A model generated the notes under the pieces. It made no database searches. It saw only the letters and a program-made list of their open reading frames with translations, and had not been told where the DNA came from. From Eledone cirrhosa (taxonomy: Eukaryota), in the NCBI GenBank assembly GCA_964016885.1, contig OZ024743.1, forward strand, positions 231,384,001-231,448,000: a stretch of DNA of 64,000 nucleotides. Direction: 5' to 3'. The translations under genes and the position numbers were made by a program. Numbering within the stretch: position 1 is the first letter of the stretch; each line of letters starts with the position of its first letter. Below, in pieces: positions 1 through 15,003 of the stretch.

Positions 1-20
1 TTTCTAAAATATACAGTGAC

Positions 21-130
21 TGATCAGTCTGGTTTGCATATTAGCAGACTAGCTGATCAGTCAGATCTACATATTAGCAGATCCATTGATCAGCCAGATT
101 TGCATATCAGCAGACAGGTTGGTCAGTTCC
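21..130. repeat. 33-bp minisatellite, about 3.3 units
   Basis: Units TGATCAG..TTGCATATTAGCAGA start at 21, 54, 87 and 120. Confidence 0.85.
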
Positions 131-292
131 CTGTATTCGAGCAATAAATGGCGGCTTTGCCATATAAAAAAAAAATCGGTCTATATGGCTGAATAAATTT
201 TGTTTAAAGTTCATATATATATATATATATATTATACTAGTTGTAGAACATCTCATTTTTTTCTTGTATTTTATACCCCGCTCTTTTTCTTA

Positions 293-341
<49 letters not shown>

Positions 342-441
342 ATAATACATTTGAAGAATAAAATCATAAGAGGCCTCGATAAGGATAAATATATATCAAA
401 TATAAATGAACCGTAGACCAAATATTTATTAAAATAACAGA

Positions 442-500
442 TTACAGTTTAAGCAAAGAATCGCAGCTTTCACCCTTAACGGGATCTTCTGAAACTATAA
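442..500 (-). ncRNA. Degenerate type I hammerhead ribozyme motif (core CAGAAGA)
   Basis: Minus strand: TTATAGTTT-CAGAAGA-TCCC gttaa GGGT-GAAA-GC...GC-TT-AAACTGTAA. Three stems are present with one core substitution. Confidence 0.6.
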
Positions 501-1217
501 AATTCAATCCCGGAACGAAAAAGTAAATATTTCGAAAAATGTTGCAACTGAAGGAAGACAGGAAGACTATACTTTGGTTCGTGGAAACGTTCCCTGGCAA
601 AGAAATGGGAAAAAACTAACATAAAACGTCATTATTTGGGGCGTTGAAAACAATTACATGCAAAGCAAAACCACGTTTATGGTATAACTGAAGTCGTAGA
701 CTAAAATTCTATTTAGGAAACCGAATGATTCTCGGCTTCAGAGTTAAGAATAATGTTAATAAATTACAGAGGTAATTGAAATCAACAGAAATTAAATATA
801 TACATGCACACATCCATATACGTACATACACATGCGAAAACACCCGTCATGGGTATGGAAATTCAAGCATGTACACAAAAAAACAAAAAAAAACACGGAC
901 GCCAAATACAGAACCCACGCAACGCCTGTACCCGCACACATACTAACGTATACACCAAATACACATAAAAATATATATAAATATATATATATATAAAATA
1001 TATATAAATATATATAAAATATATATAAATATATATAAATATATATAAAATATATATAAATATATATAAAATATATATAAATATATATAAAATATATATA
1101 AAATATATATAAATATATATATGTGAAGTAATTCCGTCGGAAAAGTTCAGGAAAAAAGAATGCTCTATGTAGGTAACAGAGCTTAATAGTTAGGTAATAA
1201 ACAACATAAGGCAATTA

Positions 1218-1278
1218 TTCCATTTACCAGTAATTTCTTAAAAGCAAAAGATTTTGCTTTCAATCCTCAGAATGAAAA
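1218..1278 (-). ncRNA. Type I hammerhead motif, mirror of 4772-4831, with degenerate stem III
   Basis: TTTCATT-CTGAGGA-TTGAAAGCAAAA tc TTTTGCTTTTAA-GAAA-ttactg-GTA-AATGGAA. Confidence 0.7.
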
Positions 1279-1435
1279 AATCCTGGTCTGTTTATTGAAT
1301 TTGGATTTTAAAAACAAAAATGCAATCTATATGAAAGTGAGGCTGGAGAAGGAAGAAGGAAAGGAAAAATAAAATAAAACTACATATGCAAACACACACA
1401 CAAAAACACAAAAGCATACATACACACACACACAC

Positions 1436-1720
1436 GATGAACGAAATCCAGCCGTGACCATCTCCACTGAAAGTTTTCATGAAATAGTCTTTTAAGACTA
1501 TACAGAGCATTTGATGTTATTCCAAATTGAAGGATAAGTGTTTCAGAGTTTATTTTATCATGAGTTAAAGGTCTATGGATTTTTCCCTGGATTTTACTAA
1601 ATTCTGTGGATGAATTTATATCCTGATTCTCTTTTGAGATGAGTTTGAGTTATTTTTCCTAAATCTTCCGTTAACTACTTTTCCCATCTTGACGTTATAG
1701 TCGCATATACGTTATAGAAT
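1436..1720 (+). mobile_element. PLE terminal-repeat fragment with 5'-truncated hammerhead, same family as 8430-8740
   Basis: GATGA-ACGA...GAAA-TAGTC tttta AGACTA-TA-CAGAGC; inverted homology to 8480-8730 and 9100-9310. Confidence 0.7.
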
Positions 1721-1781
1721 GCCGTTAGCTTCTTGCTAAAACAATCTCTATACCTCTCATTTATATATATATATATATATG

Positions 1782-2578
1782 CGAATCTTCCGGATCGCAA
1801 ATTTTCGATCGTACGGTTGATTATAGACTTGTTCTATGTGTGACGGTATTTTAACGATAGTTATAGCTCTGATTTATCTAAATTATGGAGCCCTCTGCCG
1901 CTCATATCGAATTTTGTTTATCGTGAACTCGTGCGCCGATTTTTCGATACTCGATTATTCTACTATATTTAGCTCTAGACCTAGCTATTGACCAGTTAAT
2001 TTTATTGTTCATTTTTTGTCGATTCTATTAAATGATGAATAGCTCCTGTTTATTTTAACATGTCTATTGAGCACTCTTATTCGATATGTGTATTTCCACA
2101 TTTTCCCGAATATTTTTCGCGGATGTAGAGGTTATCTCCCTTGCCGAATTCCATGTGCGTATTTAGCTTGGGTTATGCCATTTCATTCGTTTGGACAAAG
2201 CTCGTTGAAGAAGTAAATTTTCCTGTCCACTGGTATCTAGAAGTCTTATATATTTTTATGTGAGCTGATAGAGAACAGTTAGTTTAAGGATTTACAGAAA
2301 CCCAAGAAGCTAGATTTAACATCTTCTTAGCGGGTCCGGGTATGCTTTTTACATTCATTTAATTTATTGATTTATTGATTTTTTATCTGAGTGTCCCGAA
2401 TCTTCCGGATCGCAAATTTTCGATCGTACGGTTGATTATAGACTTGTTCTATGTGTGACGGTATTTTAACGATAGTTATAGCTCTGATTTATCTAAATTA
2501 TGGAGCCCTCTGCCGCTCATATCGAATTTTGTTTATCGTGAACTCGTGCGCCGATTTTTCTATACTGGATTATTCTAC

Positions 2579-2609
<31 letters not shown>

Positions 2610-2790
2610 GATCGAGTATCGAAAAATCGGCGCACGAGTTCACGATAAACAATATTCGAAATGAGCGGCAGAGGGCTCAATAATTCAATTGAATCAGAGC
2701 TATAACTATCGTTAAAATACCGTCACATATAGAACAAGTCTACAATCAACCATACGATAAAAAATCGATAATAGAAGATTCGGGACAAAC
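1782..2790 (+). mobile_element. PLE-like pseudo-LTR unit: about 185-bp segment in direct (1782-1970, 2397-2579) and inverted (2604-2790) copies
   Basis: Direct sequence comparison; bounded by (TA)n; hammerhead between the direct copies. Confidence 0.75.
2200..2341 (+). ncRNA. Type I hammerhead motif with long stems II and III (core TTGAAGA)
   Basis: GCTCG-TTGAAGA-aGTAAATT...GGATTTACa-GAAA-CCC AAGAAG...CTTCTT agc GGG-TC-CGGGT. Confidence 0.7.
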
Positions 2791-2794
2791 AGAT

Positions 2795-2844
<50 letters not shown>

Positions 2845-3527
2845 CATATACATACGCTCATACATACACACACATATATGTGTATATAAATACACACGAA
2901 CACATACATATACACATATGTACATACGCACATAAATATCAACACATCCATACATACACATACATATATACAACCACACAAACATATATACACACATACA
3001 TATACATACATACATACATGCACACAATCATACATATATACACACATACATACATACACATACATAAATGCACTCCTCTACATATTCACACGCGCAAATA
3101 AATATAAGAAAAAAAACATATATATAAAAAAAATGTTTGACAGCGATACAGAAAGCAAGTAACTGGACAGACACGCGTGGTAAGTAATACACACAAATGC
3201 ACGTATACATACGTACGAAATAGTAAATACATACACACACTCTCACACATAAATATACATATACAAATACATAAAAATATACATACATACACATACACAG
3301 ATACATGCACAAACACGCACACGCACACGTATACAATTATACACACACATATACACACACATATGTATATGTAAATATATACACATACATATATATATAT
3401 ACATAAATATAAAAATACACACACACACATATATGTATACATACACACATACATATACATGCATAGCTATACAATTATACACATACAAATACGTACATAT
3501 CATAAACACGCACAACCACATACAAAC

Positions 3528-3558
<31 letters not shown>

Positions 3559-4477
3559 CATACACATACATACACATATTATATGTATATGTGTATGTAC
3601 ATGTATATGTGTATGTATGTGTATGTATATATATATATATATATATCTGTGTATGTGTGTGTGTGTGTGTGTTTGTATTTGGTTGTGCGTGTTTATGATA
3701 TGTACGTATTTGTATGTGTATAATTGTATAGCTATGTATGTATATGTATGTGTGTATGTATACATATATGTGTGTGTGCGAGTATTTTTATATTTATGTA
3801 TATATATATATATGTATGCGTATATAATTATATATACATATGTGTGTGTATAATTGTATACGTGTGCGTGTGCGTGTTTGTGCATGTATTTGTGTATGTG
3901 TATGAATGTTTGTGTTTATGTATTTGTATATGTATATTGATGTGTGAGAGTGTGTGTATGTATTTACTATTTCGTACGAATGTATACGTGCATTTGTATG
4001 TATTACTTACCACGCGTGTCTGTCCAGTTACCTGCCTTCTGTATCGCTGTCAAAAATTTGTTTATATATATATTTTTTTTTCTTATATTTATTTGCGTGT
4101 GTGAATATGTAGATGAGTCCATTTATGTATGTGTATGTATGTACGTGTGTATATATGTATGATTGTGTGCATGTATGTATGTATATGTATGTGTGTATGG
4201 CTATGTTTGTGTATGTGTATGCTTGTACACATATATATATATATGTATATGTGTATATATATATGTATGTATATGTGTGTATGTATGTGTATTTATATTT
4301 ATGTTTCTATGTGTATGTATGTGTGTATATATGTTTGTGTGGTTGTATATATGTATCTGCATGTATGGATGTGTTGATATTTATGTGCGAATGTATATAT
4401 GTGTATATGTATGTGTTTGTGTGTATTTATATACACATATATGTGTGTAGATGTGTGTGTGTGTGTATGTATGAGTG

Positions 4478-4594
<117 letters not shown>

Positions 4595-4771
4595 CTGTGT
4601 GTGTGTGTGAGTATGTATGCTTTTGTGTTTTTGTGTGTGTGTATATAAATACACACGTTGCATGTATAGTTTTATTTAATTTTTCCTTTCCTTCTTCCTT
4701 CTCCAGCCTCACTTACATATAGATTGCATTTTTGCTTTTAAAATCCAAACTCAATAAACAGACCAGGATTT

Positions 4772-4831
4772 TTTCATTCTGAGGATTGAAAGCAACATCT
4801 TTTGCTTTTAAGAAACCAATGGTAAATGGAA
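4772..4831 (+). ncRNA. Type I hammerhead ribozyme motif
   Basis: TTTCATT-CTGAGGA-TTGAAAGCAA...TTGCTTTTAA-GAAA-CC aat GG-TA-AATGGAA; GUA cleavage triplet. Confidence 0.8.
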
Positions 4832-4896
4832 TAATTGCCTTATGTTGTTTATTACATAACTATAAATATATATATATAAATATATATATATAGGTG

Positions 4897-4927
<31 letters not shown>

Positions 4928-5384
4928 ATGTGTGTGTGTGTGGGGGGGGGGTGCGCGCGTGTATACATATAATTATATAAACGTATATAAATATACACAC
5001 ATAAATACATATATAACGCGCGCAACACATACCTACATGTAAATACACATATGTTAGCTAAACGTACCTCATCCTAAACACAAAGTACACATATATACAG
5101 ACCCTAGATACGTACAAACCCGCATACTCACACAGACGCAAAACTCACGTATACACATGACCATATGCACATGTACCAGTACATATAACATAATGTATAC
5201 GCCTATAACATATACAAGCAAATATACGTACGAGAAGGTATACTTACCTTCACAAAACATACAAGTAATATATACTTACCTATACACATAAGTAATGGTA
5301 TAAACATAACATATACTTAGCTACCGCATCAAGACGTAATATATCCGCGTATAGTTCGTACTATCCGTTAGGGTATAATAATTG

Positions 5385-5452
5385 TTTCTACTTTTGGCAC
5401 AATACCAGCAATTACCCAGTACATTACTGGTACTTTATTTTATCGACCCCGT
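5385..5452 (-). mobile_element. SINE fragment
   Basis: TACTTTTGGCACAA...CTGGTACTTTATTTTATCGACCCC shared with 7052-7195 and 50205-50420. Confidence 0.6.
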
Positions 5453-5499
5453 TAGGGTATAATAATGATGCTGTAATACAAGAAGGTTTTGTGCAATTT

Positions 5500-5950
5500 A
5501 TGTTTACAAGCCGAAATTGCCTCAGATTTTTTTTGTTTAAGAAGCGGTCTTTGGCGTAGAATATTTCCAAGGCTTCAGCGGCGCAGAAGTCACATGGTCT
5601 TTTATTTCCGTTATACGATCTAGACCTAGCTAGGATCTTCCAATGTAACTTATATTGGGTGTGGTTGTCTTTTAGACTCCAGATATAAGCTGAAAGTGAC
5701 GTCATATTCCTTCTTAAAGGGTTAAGAAAAGAATAGGTATGCATGTAAAGACGCTGCTGAGGCATTACCCGGATAGGGGGCAGTCAACCCGATTCCTACA
5801 ATTACAGTTAGTACTAGCTACAGGGTTGCACGTGTTCCTACGGCTAGGCAATTTAGTTAAATTTGAAGCTGTGATGTTATGTGCAAGGTAAGGAGTCGTA
5901 GAGTAAGAAATGTTAATGGTATTTCTATTAAAAATGTTACTCGAAATAGT
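5500..5950 (-). pseudogene. Penelope-like GIY-YIG endonuclease remnant
   Basis: NRNTINISYSTTP linker, CNCRNRVDCPLSG, TSLSAYIWSLK...HWKIL...CDFCAAE...LNKK; the GIY-YIG core is deleted; homologous to the 23603 and 24176 ORFs. Confidence 0.8.
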
Positions 5951-5995
5951 CTCTTACAACAAACTAGCTCTAAGAAATAGATATTTCCGAGCCGT

Positions 5996-6484
5996 ATATT
6001 ATAATAGAATATAAAAGAAAAACGAAGACAGACATATACATATATGTGTTCAAATCGTAAGGGACCGCTATAGACAATTGGATTTGCTTATCTCAATCTA
6101 AGAAAAAATTAAGAAAATAAATATAAACCTGAATTGTGGTAACTACAAATCACCCAGATAACTTGTTGTTTCGCAATGTTAATTGTGAATAGAATTACAA
6201 ATTCAAGCTCATCAGGGGGTGATGATTTAGTATCCTAGACACTTCTAAGTATATTAAGAAACTGGATAGTGTTCTATATATAAAATAGCGCACATTGTAT
6301 CCTAGCGTGTCTCACAAACTTACACCACTAAATATAGCAGCCAGGTTTATTTGACATTTGAAATAGCTCAACAAATTAACGGAGCCGAATATATTTTCAC
6401 CTTAGCGAATCCGGTCCCTTACGATTTGAACACATATATGTATATGTCTGTGTTCGTTTTTCTTTTATATTCTATTATAATATA
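5996..6484. mobile_element. Small element with about 72-bp terminal inverted repeats enclosing a hammerhead motif
   Basis: 5996-6067 is the reverse complement of 6412-6484. Confidence 0.7.
6149..6223 (-). ncRNA. Type I hammerhead motif with bulged stem I
   Basis: ATCACCCC-CTGATGA-GC...GC-GAAAC aacaa GTT-atct-GGGTGAT. Confidence 0.6.
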
Positions 6485-6502
6485 TATGTATGTATGTATC
6501 AA

Positions 6503-7045
<543 letters not shown>

Positions 7046-7051
7046 TAATGA

Positions 7052-7195
7052 TTTCTACTTTAGGCACAAGGCATGTAATGGGGATGGAAAATCGATTTAA
7101 TTGACCGCAGTTGGTTACTGGTACTTTATTTTATCGACTCTGAAAGAATGAAAGGCAAAGCTAACATCGGCAGGATTTGAACTCGGAACACAGAA
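7052..7195 (-). mobile_element. SINE fragment
   Basis: GGTACTTTATTTTATCGAC...GAATGAAAGGCAAAG...GGATTTGAACTC (B-box on the minus strand). Confidence 0.7.
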
Positions 7196-8429
7196 TGAAA
7201 GAATTATATAAATTATACTTCATCATGATGTGCAGTAGAAAACACTTTTATTCCATACTGTTAGAAGGTTATAATATTTTTCTGCATTTAATGCTGAATC
7301 TGTGTATGCTCTACCTCTGAGATTCTCATTTCCGTCTGCAGGCAGCAGGCGGTTTATTCTTGAAATGTTTTTATAAACATGTTATTTGTGAATGATCTGG
7401 TTGATCGTGAATCTTCTTACTGCAGATCAAACATGGAGAATTAATGTTGCATGCAAAATACAAAGAAAAGAATGGAAAAAAAAAACACGAAAAAAACAGA
7501 AAACGTAAGTAATTCTTTTTAAAATATTCTAAGATTTTCTACAGATTTCCATCCAGTAGCAAAGGCTGGTATAAAAATGTTATTTTGAACCAATTCTGAA
7601 CTGACGAATCATTACGTCGAGTAGAAGAGTTATGGGGGGGGGGGGGGGGGGGGGGGGGGCAAAACAAATTACATATCTGAATAAAACAACTGCTTAAAGT
7701 GCTAGGTATGTTTAAATAGGATACTTAAGATATTCAAATCATACTCTGTGTAAAACATACCCGCAGAAACACATATGGAATAGATGGGGATATTTCCCTC
7801 ATAACAGCCGATGGTAATTTCTTTTTCCGTTTTTAAGGGTATTTAACTTATATTCTAAGCTATTTTATAGTCGTTCCACACAAGAGCACAGCATTATTTA
7901 TATTAAATATATATATATATAGAATATATTTGAAAATATATATATGTGCGTGTGTGTCTGTGTGTGCTTGTGTATGCGTACGTGAGGAACGAATAGAGAA
8001 GCTTTTAGAAGTCAATGTAATAGTGCTTACTGGAGTACATTGACCGTGACATTATTCGGGGCCTCAGCAAAAAGTTAACTCCCTCGAGATGACACGTATT
8101 GTGAAAGTAGATAGCAATAAAAAGAATAGATGACACTGATATATATGGCAAAATGTACAAATCAAACAGAACAGATATCGCACGGTTATCAAATGTGGAT
8201 TATGGACACCGAAACATTTTCAAAATATTGGTTAGTACTACTTAGAACAAAACGATTTCGTAGTGAAAATTATGCTAAATTTAAACGTGCCTATAATTGA
8301 AGAAAGCCATGTATGAATTAGACGAAATGTACGTATCTAAAACAAACACGTCGAAAACAATGCATTGGACAAATATATCCAGAATAATGTGGTGTGGTAA
8401 ATAGGTATATATATATATATATATATATA

Positions 8430-9310
8430 TGAATGAAAGAATAGAAATTAGTGTGAGCATGAAGCCAGCAGTATTTCATAAGTGACCATAACGTCAAAAT
8501 AGAAAAAAATAATTAACGTAAGATGTGGGAAAATAATTCAAACTCAATTAAAAAAAAAATTAAGACATAGATTTATCCAGGAAAAAATCGATAGAGCCTT
8601 AACTCTGAATAAAATAAAGTTTAAATACTCATCCTTCAATTTTGAAAAACTACTAATGCTCTATATAGTCTAAAAATACTATTTCACGAAACTTTCATTG
8701 GGGATGGTCACGGGTGGAGTCGTTCATCAGTAGAGCTCAACACGATAACCCTAGAACCACTGCTAGAATATGCCAAAAAGGGAATTTAAAAGCAGGCTAG
8801 TTAACCTCATGCGTAATTATGAAAATAAACGCACAATGTAGAGACATGGCTGGTGACGTCAGAATGAGACGAATGTCTATTTACCAGAAACAGCAGTCAA
8901 AAAACATTCCGAAAAAACTCAACAAGGTGGAAGGAGTTCAGCAAAATAGCAATATTATCGCAGTTTTTTTTGTTTTTTTTTAAAGACCGGGATTAGTCAC
9001 AAATAATTTTAAGCACTCTTGGAAAAAATTCCGAGTATAAATATAAATGAAAGAATAGAAATGATTGTGAGCATGAAGCCAACAGTATTTCATAATATAT
9101 AAGTGACTATAGCGTCAAATTTGAAAAATAATTAACGTAAGATGTTAGAAAATAATTCAAACTCAATTAAAAAAAAATTAAGACATAGATTTATCCACAG
9201 ATTTTGTGAAATCCAGGGAAAAATAAACAAAGCCTTAACTCTGAATAAAATAAAGTTTAAATACTCATCCTTCAAATTGTAAAAACTACAAATGCTCTAT
9301 ATAGTCTAAA
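8430..9310 (-). mobile_element. Tandem PLE terminal-repeat copies (8430-8740 and 9045-9310, plus a fragment at 9549-9610)
   Basis: Direct repeat starting AATGAAAGAATAGAAAT..GTGAGCATGAAGCC; carries a hammerhead. Confidence 0.7.
8658..8736 (-). ncRNA. Intact type I hammerhead ribozyme motif
   Basis: GCTCTA-CTGATGA-ACGA...TCGT-GAAA-TAGT atttttag ACTA-TA-TAGAGC. Confidence 0.85.
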
Positions 9311-10027
9311 ATATATATATATATATACACACACCAGGTCCGAACACAATAAAACCAAGTTCCCACTGCCAATGCCTCCGTCTCTCCCGCTCTCCCCATC
9401 TCTCACTATTATAAGCAAATGGGCGCCACACCCTGCCTACCCACACCCGAGCCACCCCGAGGACCCGGTGGATAGATTAGGGAAGGCCTTTCTCCGGAGG
9501 ATGGTGAGGGAAATGCGCTGGAAGGACCATTCCAGTTCGTGAAGTTTAAGACAGATTTATTCTCAGATTTTGTGAAATCCAGGGAAGAATCGATAGAGCC
9601 TTAACTCTGTGAATGAAATATGGGAGCCAACTCTGAGCCGATGGTGGTGAGTAGGTAGGTGGTCTTACGGCCAAGAACACCAGAAGTCTCCACTGTAAAG
9701 TACTCGACTGTAAACCTGTCGGAGAGCGACCGATATTTGGTGAGTTTGCCCTACTCGGCCCGAAGTGCTGATGAGTCTGTGGTTAGTTGCAGACTGCACC
9801 AGGTTACTGTTGGAAAAAGTAAAATTAAAATGTACAGATGTGTGTTAATGAAATCCTACTAACATATACCAGTTGTTAGAAAGTTAAAACAATGTACCAT
9901 TGTGGAACATAATAGAATATAAAGGAAGAGGCATCCGATTATTATATCTTTGCAATTCAAAATTTAGGTAAAGATAAGTAATATTAATTCGTAGGCGAAT
10001 ATCGAGAAAAGGCTGCAGCAGTAACAA

Positions 10028-10542
10028 TCTATATATATAAAACTGAGGATGTCTGTCTGTGTTTGTGTTAGATTGAATCCCTAAAACTAGAGAAGCACCC
10101 AACCGACTGGTTTCAAACTTTACACATGTAATACTTATGTTTCAGGGAGCGTTCTGAGCAAAAACATTTTCAAATTGTCAATGCACTAGGGACCGCATTA
10201 GGCGATTTAGCGATCTCTCTCTATAATTCTTAGTCTTTCTCCTTTTATAAAGATACATACATATAACGTCGCGCCCTTATAATATCTGTCTGTATGTCTG
10301 GCTGTCTGATCTCTCCGGTTATTCTGCAATCCTTGCTCAAGACAAATCTCACACTCATTCCCCAAACAGTCGGTAAGTGTACACAACTTCTACCTCATGT
10401 TTTAAGCCACAGTGTTGCTAACTTACGTACGACCAGAGCCTTACTTCTTTGCCAGCCGTGGCTGTGGCAATACTAAGCTTAGCTAAGAAGGTTATATATT
10501 TCGCAATAACTAATCCCGTGCAACGCCAAATACCACTGCTAG
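10028..10542 (+). mobile_element. Non-autonomous Helitron
   Basis: A|TCTATATATATAAAA 5' end, (GTCT)n, subterminal CCCGTGCAACGCC, CTAG|T 3' end. Confidence 0.75.
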
Positions 10543-10661
10543 TAATATATAAAGTAGAGGACTGTCAGCAATTCAATAATTTTTGTATTTGATAGATTTG
10601 GATTGTTTGTTCCAGCGCGGCCGTTTTTCATATATAATTACTGTAGCCTTACGTTTTATTG

Positions 10662-10692
<31 letters not shown>

Positions 10693-10850
10693 CTGTGCAT
10701 GCATACACATACACACACACGCGCGCTTATTTATATATATATACAATATATTTATATATAGATATGTATGTATGTAATTATGCACACACACACATATATA
10801 TATATATATTAATATATATATATATATATATATACACACGCATACACACA

Positions 10851-10893
<43 letters not shown>

Positions 10894-11167
10894 CCATACA
10901 CACACATATATATATATGTGTGTGTGTGCGTGTGCGCGTGTGTGTATCTGTATTAATGTATGTATATATATATATATATGAGGTGAGAGAAAATGATCGA
11001 GATATCTTCGTAAAAATATATAAACGTAGAGAATAGGATGACAGGCTATTGATAGGTTAAAATATTTGATTGTGATAGAATTGAAAAAAGATTTACTAAA
11101 ATATATCAAAATATAATTGGATTATACGACAATATTTATATACATATAAATAGCACGTTCATATATA

Positions 11168-11236
<69 letters not shown>

Positions 11237-11270
11237 ATATATATATACAGAAATACATACACACACACGC

Positions 11271-11302
<32 letters not shown>

Positions 11303-12167
11303 ATATAAATATATATATATAAACATACATATAACGTATGATTCTTCATTTGGAACATTATCCTAAGAACTATTAATAAAATATATTTCTATGAAAGATT
11401 TCATAAATATATTTCCTGGTTTGTTTCTTCGATTCTTCTTCATCTATTCTTTTAATCTTTTATTATTTCATTCGGAAGATTTTGTCCAAAGAAATTTACA
11501 ATAGATGAGTTCTACTCTCTGTTTCTCAATTTCCACCTTCTCTGATTTAATATATTGCTAACTTCAATTTTTTTATATTTAAACAATTTTCTCTATATTT
11601 GTTAATATTTCTATAAAGATCAAATTACCCATCTCACCCGCAAACTCTCTCGTGTCTCCCTCCCTTGGAATATATATGTATGTTTCTGGATTTGTGTATG
11701 TATATAAATGTCTATTTCTATATAGATTATCTGATTCCTCTATGTAATATGTAATAACTTATTTGTATTTTTATAGATATCTGAATATGTGAATATCTAA
11801 ATCTAACCGAAGACTTTTATCATCTGTCATATGATTCACTTAACATATTTATATGGTAATTCCTCAGCATTGCAATATGGGTGTCTCTTAATAAGACTTT
11901 TGTGCATAATATGATTATTGTGACATAACCTAATACCATACATGCCAGTTTTAATGTATCATTGGATTTATAAATTGTGACATGAAAAGCCATATAAAGG
12001 AAAACTACCTCAGTCACAGGTTTATTTTGAGAGTATTTTCCTCGTCTTCTTCCCATAAATACCTATCCGTATGTCAACAGGAGATATTTTCGCCAAGACA
12101 TTCGACAGATTTACAAAATACAAAGAAAGATAAGTGTTTTTACTCCTGGTCAAGAATATATAAATAA

Positions 12168-12596
<429 letters not shown>

Positions 12597-12734
12597 TAAA
12601 CGGAATAGAAAATGCTGACAAATTGTTCACAGTTGAAAAATGGTTTAATTAGGAATAAAAGAGTATTAGTGATTGTATGGGTTAGTATTCAGTTGTGGTT
12701 TTAAGTTTTTAAGTTTTTACTCTTTTATTTCAAA

Positions 12735-13679
12735 CTACCAGTAAAGCCCGGCGTTGCTCGGGGTCGCTCAGTAGCTGTGTTAAAGTTACAATGTTAAGTT
12801 TCTTTCTTGGCTTAAAAACTGAAGTGTCTACTGTGCAGACTTGCATGTGGTGTTTTTGATTAATATTCCCTCAACCAACAATATGCCTTATAAAGTTAAG
12901 AAAACATAACGATAACCCGACTGTTATAACAAAAGAGGATGCTGGGGATAGAAACTGCACTGGTTATTTATTAACAAAGATCGAAAATGTAAACACTGCA
13001 ACGCAGAGAAAAACATTAGCGTAACCAAATTATCAGTTATGTCTGTCTGCACGCCTATATCACCTCTCTGCACGACTGTCTGTCTGCACGCCTATATCAC
13101 CTCTCTGCACGACTGTCTGTCTGCACGCCTATATCACCTCTCTGCACGACTATCTGTCTGCACGCGTATATCACCTCTCTGCACGACTGTCTGTCTGCAC
13201 GACTGTCTGTCTGCACGCCTAACGACGAAATATTTGCTTGTTTTACGTAGTCTTTAAATAGACTTGTTTTCAAGTAAAAATATTGTTTTAAAATGTTTTT
13301 AAATGGAAATGAAGCAAAACGGAAGCTTAGTGTTCGAACTGATGAATTTTGCAGGTCAATATTTTGCTGGCTCGACAACTGTTCGTGTATTGTGTTAATG
13401 TCATTTTAAACGCTGAGAAAGCCAGCGTAATTTTTTACGTAAGACGCTCAATGTAAACAGAACAAAGGGAAATAACTGATAACTTACGCTCAAAAATCAA
13501 TACATTATATTCGATTTCATTACATAGGGTGGGTCAATTTGAAATATTTTTTTTCCGATGTCTTCGCTAGGGCTCAATGTACAAGTATAGCAATTTCGGT
13601 GCAATTCCGTCAGAGATTCTAAGAGATGTGTGCCAAAAATCGATAGACAGACATACAACCACAGTTTTATATATATAGA
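12735..13679 (-). mobile_element. Non-autonomous Helitron with internal 37-bp minisatellite (13040-13220)
   Basis: Minus strand starts TCTATATATATAAAA and ends with the CCCGAGCAACGCCGGG hairpin plus GTAG (degenerate CTAG). Confidence 0.75.
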
Positions 13680-13987
13680 TTAAACCATTTTTCAACTGTG
13701 AACAATTTGTCAGCATTTTCTATTCCTTTTACCAATATATAATAACTTGTGTGTTACACCTCTATTCTTTTAACTATATATATATATATATAGTTAGGGA
13801 AGCGGAAATTGCTTATTGTGATCCAGTTGGTGGTTAAGAAAGCCAGTGTCATGGATGGTTTCAACGTATAGCAACATAAGGTTGCACTTACCAATGAAAC
13901 GGTCGTAAATACCTGGATAAAATCCTTCTCTTAATGCTTACCTGTGTTTTCTCTTTTATACTATATATATATATATATATATATATA

Positions 13988-14039
<52 letters not shown>

Positions 14040-14044
<5 letters not shown>

Positions 14045-15003
14045 AAATATGAGAATAAACGTGCTGCGTGGTTGCAAATGGGTTACATATGAATAAAGTT
14101 AGTCCTTCATCAGTGATCTTCCAACCATCATTGGTATTTCATCGCTTTAAAGACCATATACCTCCGGTTGGTGTGAGCAACGGCTAAAAAAAGTCGTTGG
14201 GACACGTGAATAAAGGGGACACGAGAGTGTAAACAAACAAAGATGGTGAAGCAACGAAAAATTAGGAAGAACGAGTCAAATCCCAATTTTCCATGAATAT
14301 AAGTTCGGTGAAATTGTGAACGAGAGAGAATAAACACCATCAAACCTGGTTGGAATGTGAGCAACGAAGGAATTCCGTACAGGTCTAACGGGAGGAAGAA
14401 GGAATTTAGTCTGTGAATTTGGTGAACATAAGTTCTGTGAAATCGTAGACGAGAGAGAGAAAAAAAGCGAACCAGCCTAACCAGGAGTACGAAAGAAAAG
14501 AATTACGCACAGGTCAAACGGGAAGAAGGAGGAGGAGGATAGGTAGTAACAGAGAGTGTGTGAGTGAAGGGTGAGGGAGTGGCTAACAGAGAGAGTGACT
14601 GTTAGAGAGGGTAAAGATACAGAGAAAGAGGAAGCAGTAAGAACGAAATAGACGGGTCACAGCGTGGAAAACATATGTGTAAATATGAGAATAAACGTGC
14701 TGCGTGGTTGCAAATGGCTTACATATGAAGAAAGTTAGTCCTTCATCAGTGATCTTCCAACCATCATTGGTATTTCATCGCTTTAAAGACCATATACCTC
14801 CGGTTGGTGTGAGCAATGGCTAAACAAGGGCGTTGGGACACGTAAATAACGGGGACACGAGAGTGTAAACAAACAAAGATGGTGAAACAACGAAAAGTGA
14901 GGAAGAACGAAATAGACGGGTCACTGCGGGGGAAAAAATATGTGTAAATATGAGAATAAACGTGCTACGATTTCACAGAACTAATGTTCACCGAATTCAC
15001 AGA
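14040..15003. repeat. About 240-bp direct repeat (14040-14275 and 14675-14910) with short inverted segment; possible PLE remnant
   Basis: Direct comparison; 14963-15002 inverts 14411-14447; weak IWSLK..WKI motif on the minus strand. Confidence 0.6.

Noticed and set aside
9762-9812. CTGATGA followed by a GTCTG/CAGAC hairpin
   Set aside because: No GAAA follows (TGCA instead) and stem I is weak; at most a heavily decayed hammerhead
13040-13220. Regular repeats resembling a CRISPR array (also 21-130 and 52680-52780)
   Set aside because: No unique spacers, no cas genes, eukaryotic context; these are minisatellites
14100-14155. CTGATGA on the minus strand (also about 14745), and isolated CTGANGA at 10043, 11859, 13339, 31590 and 53891
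   Set aside because: No compatible stem II-GAAA-stem III-UH arrangement
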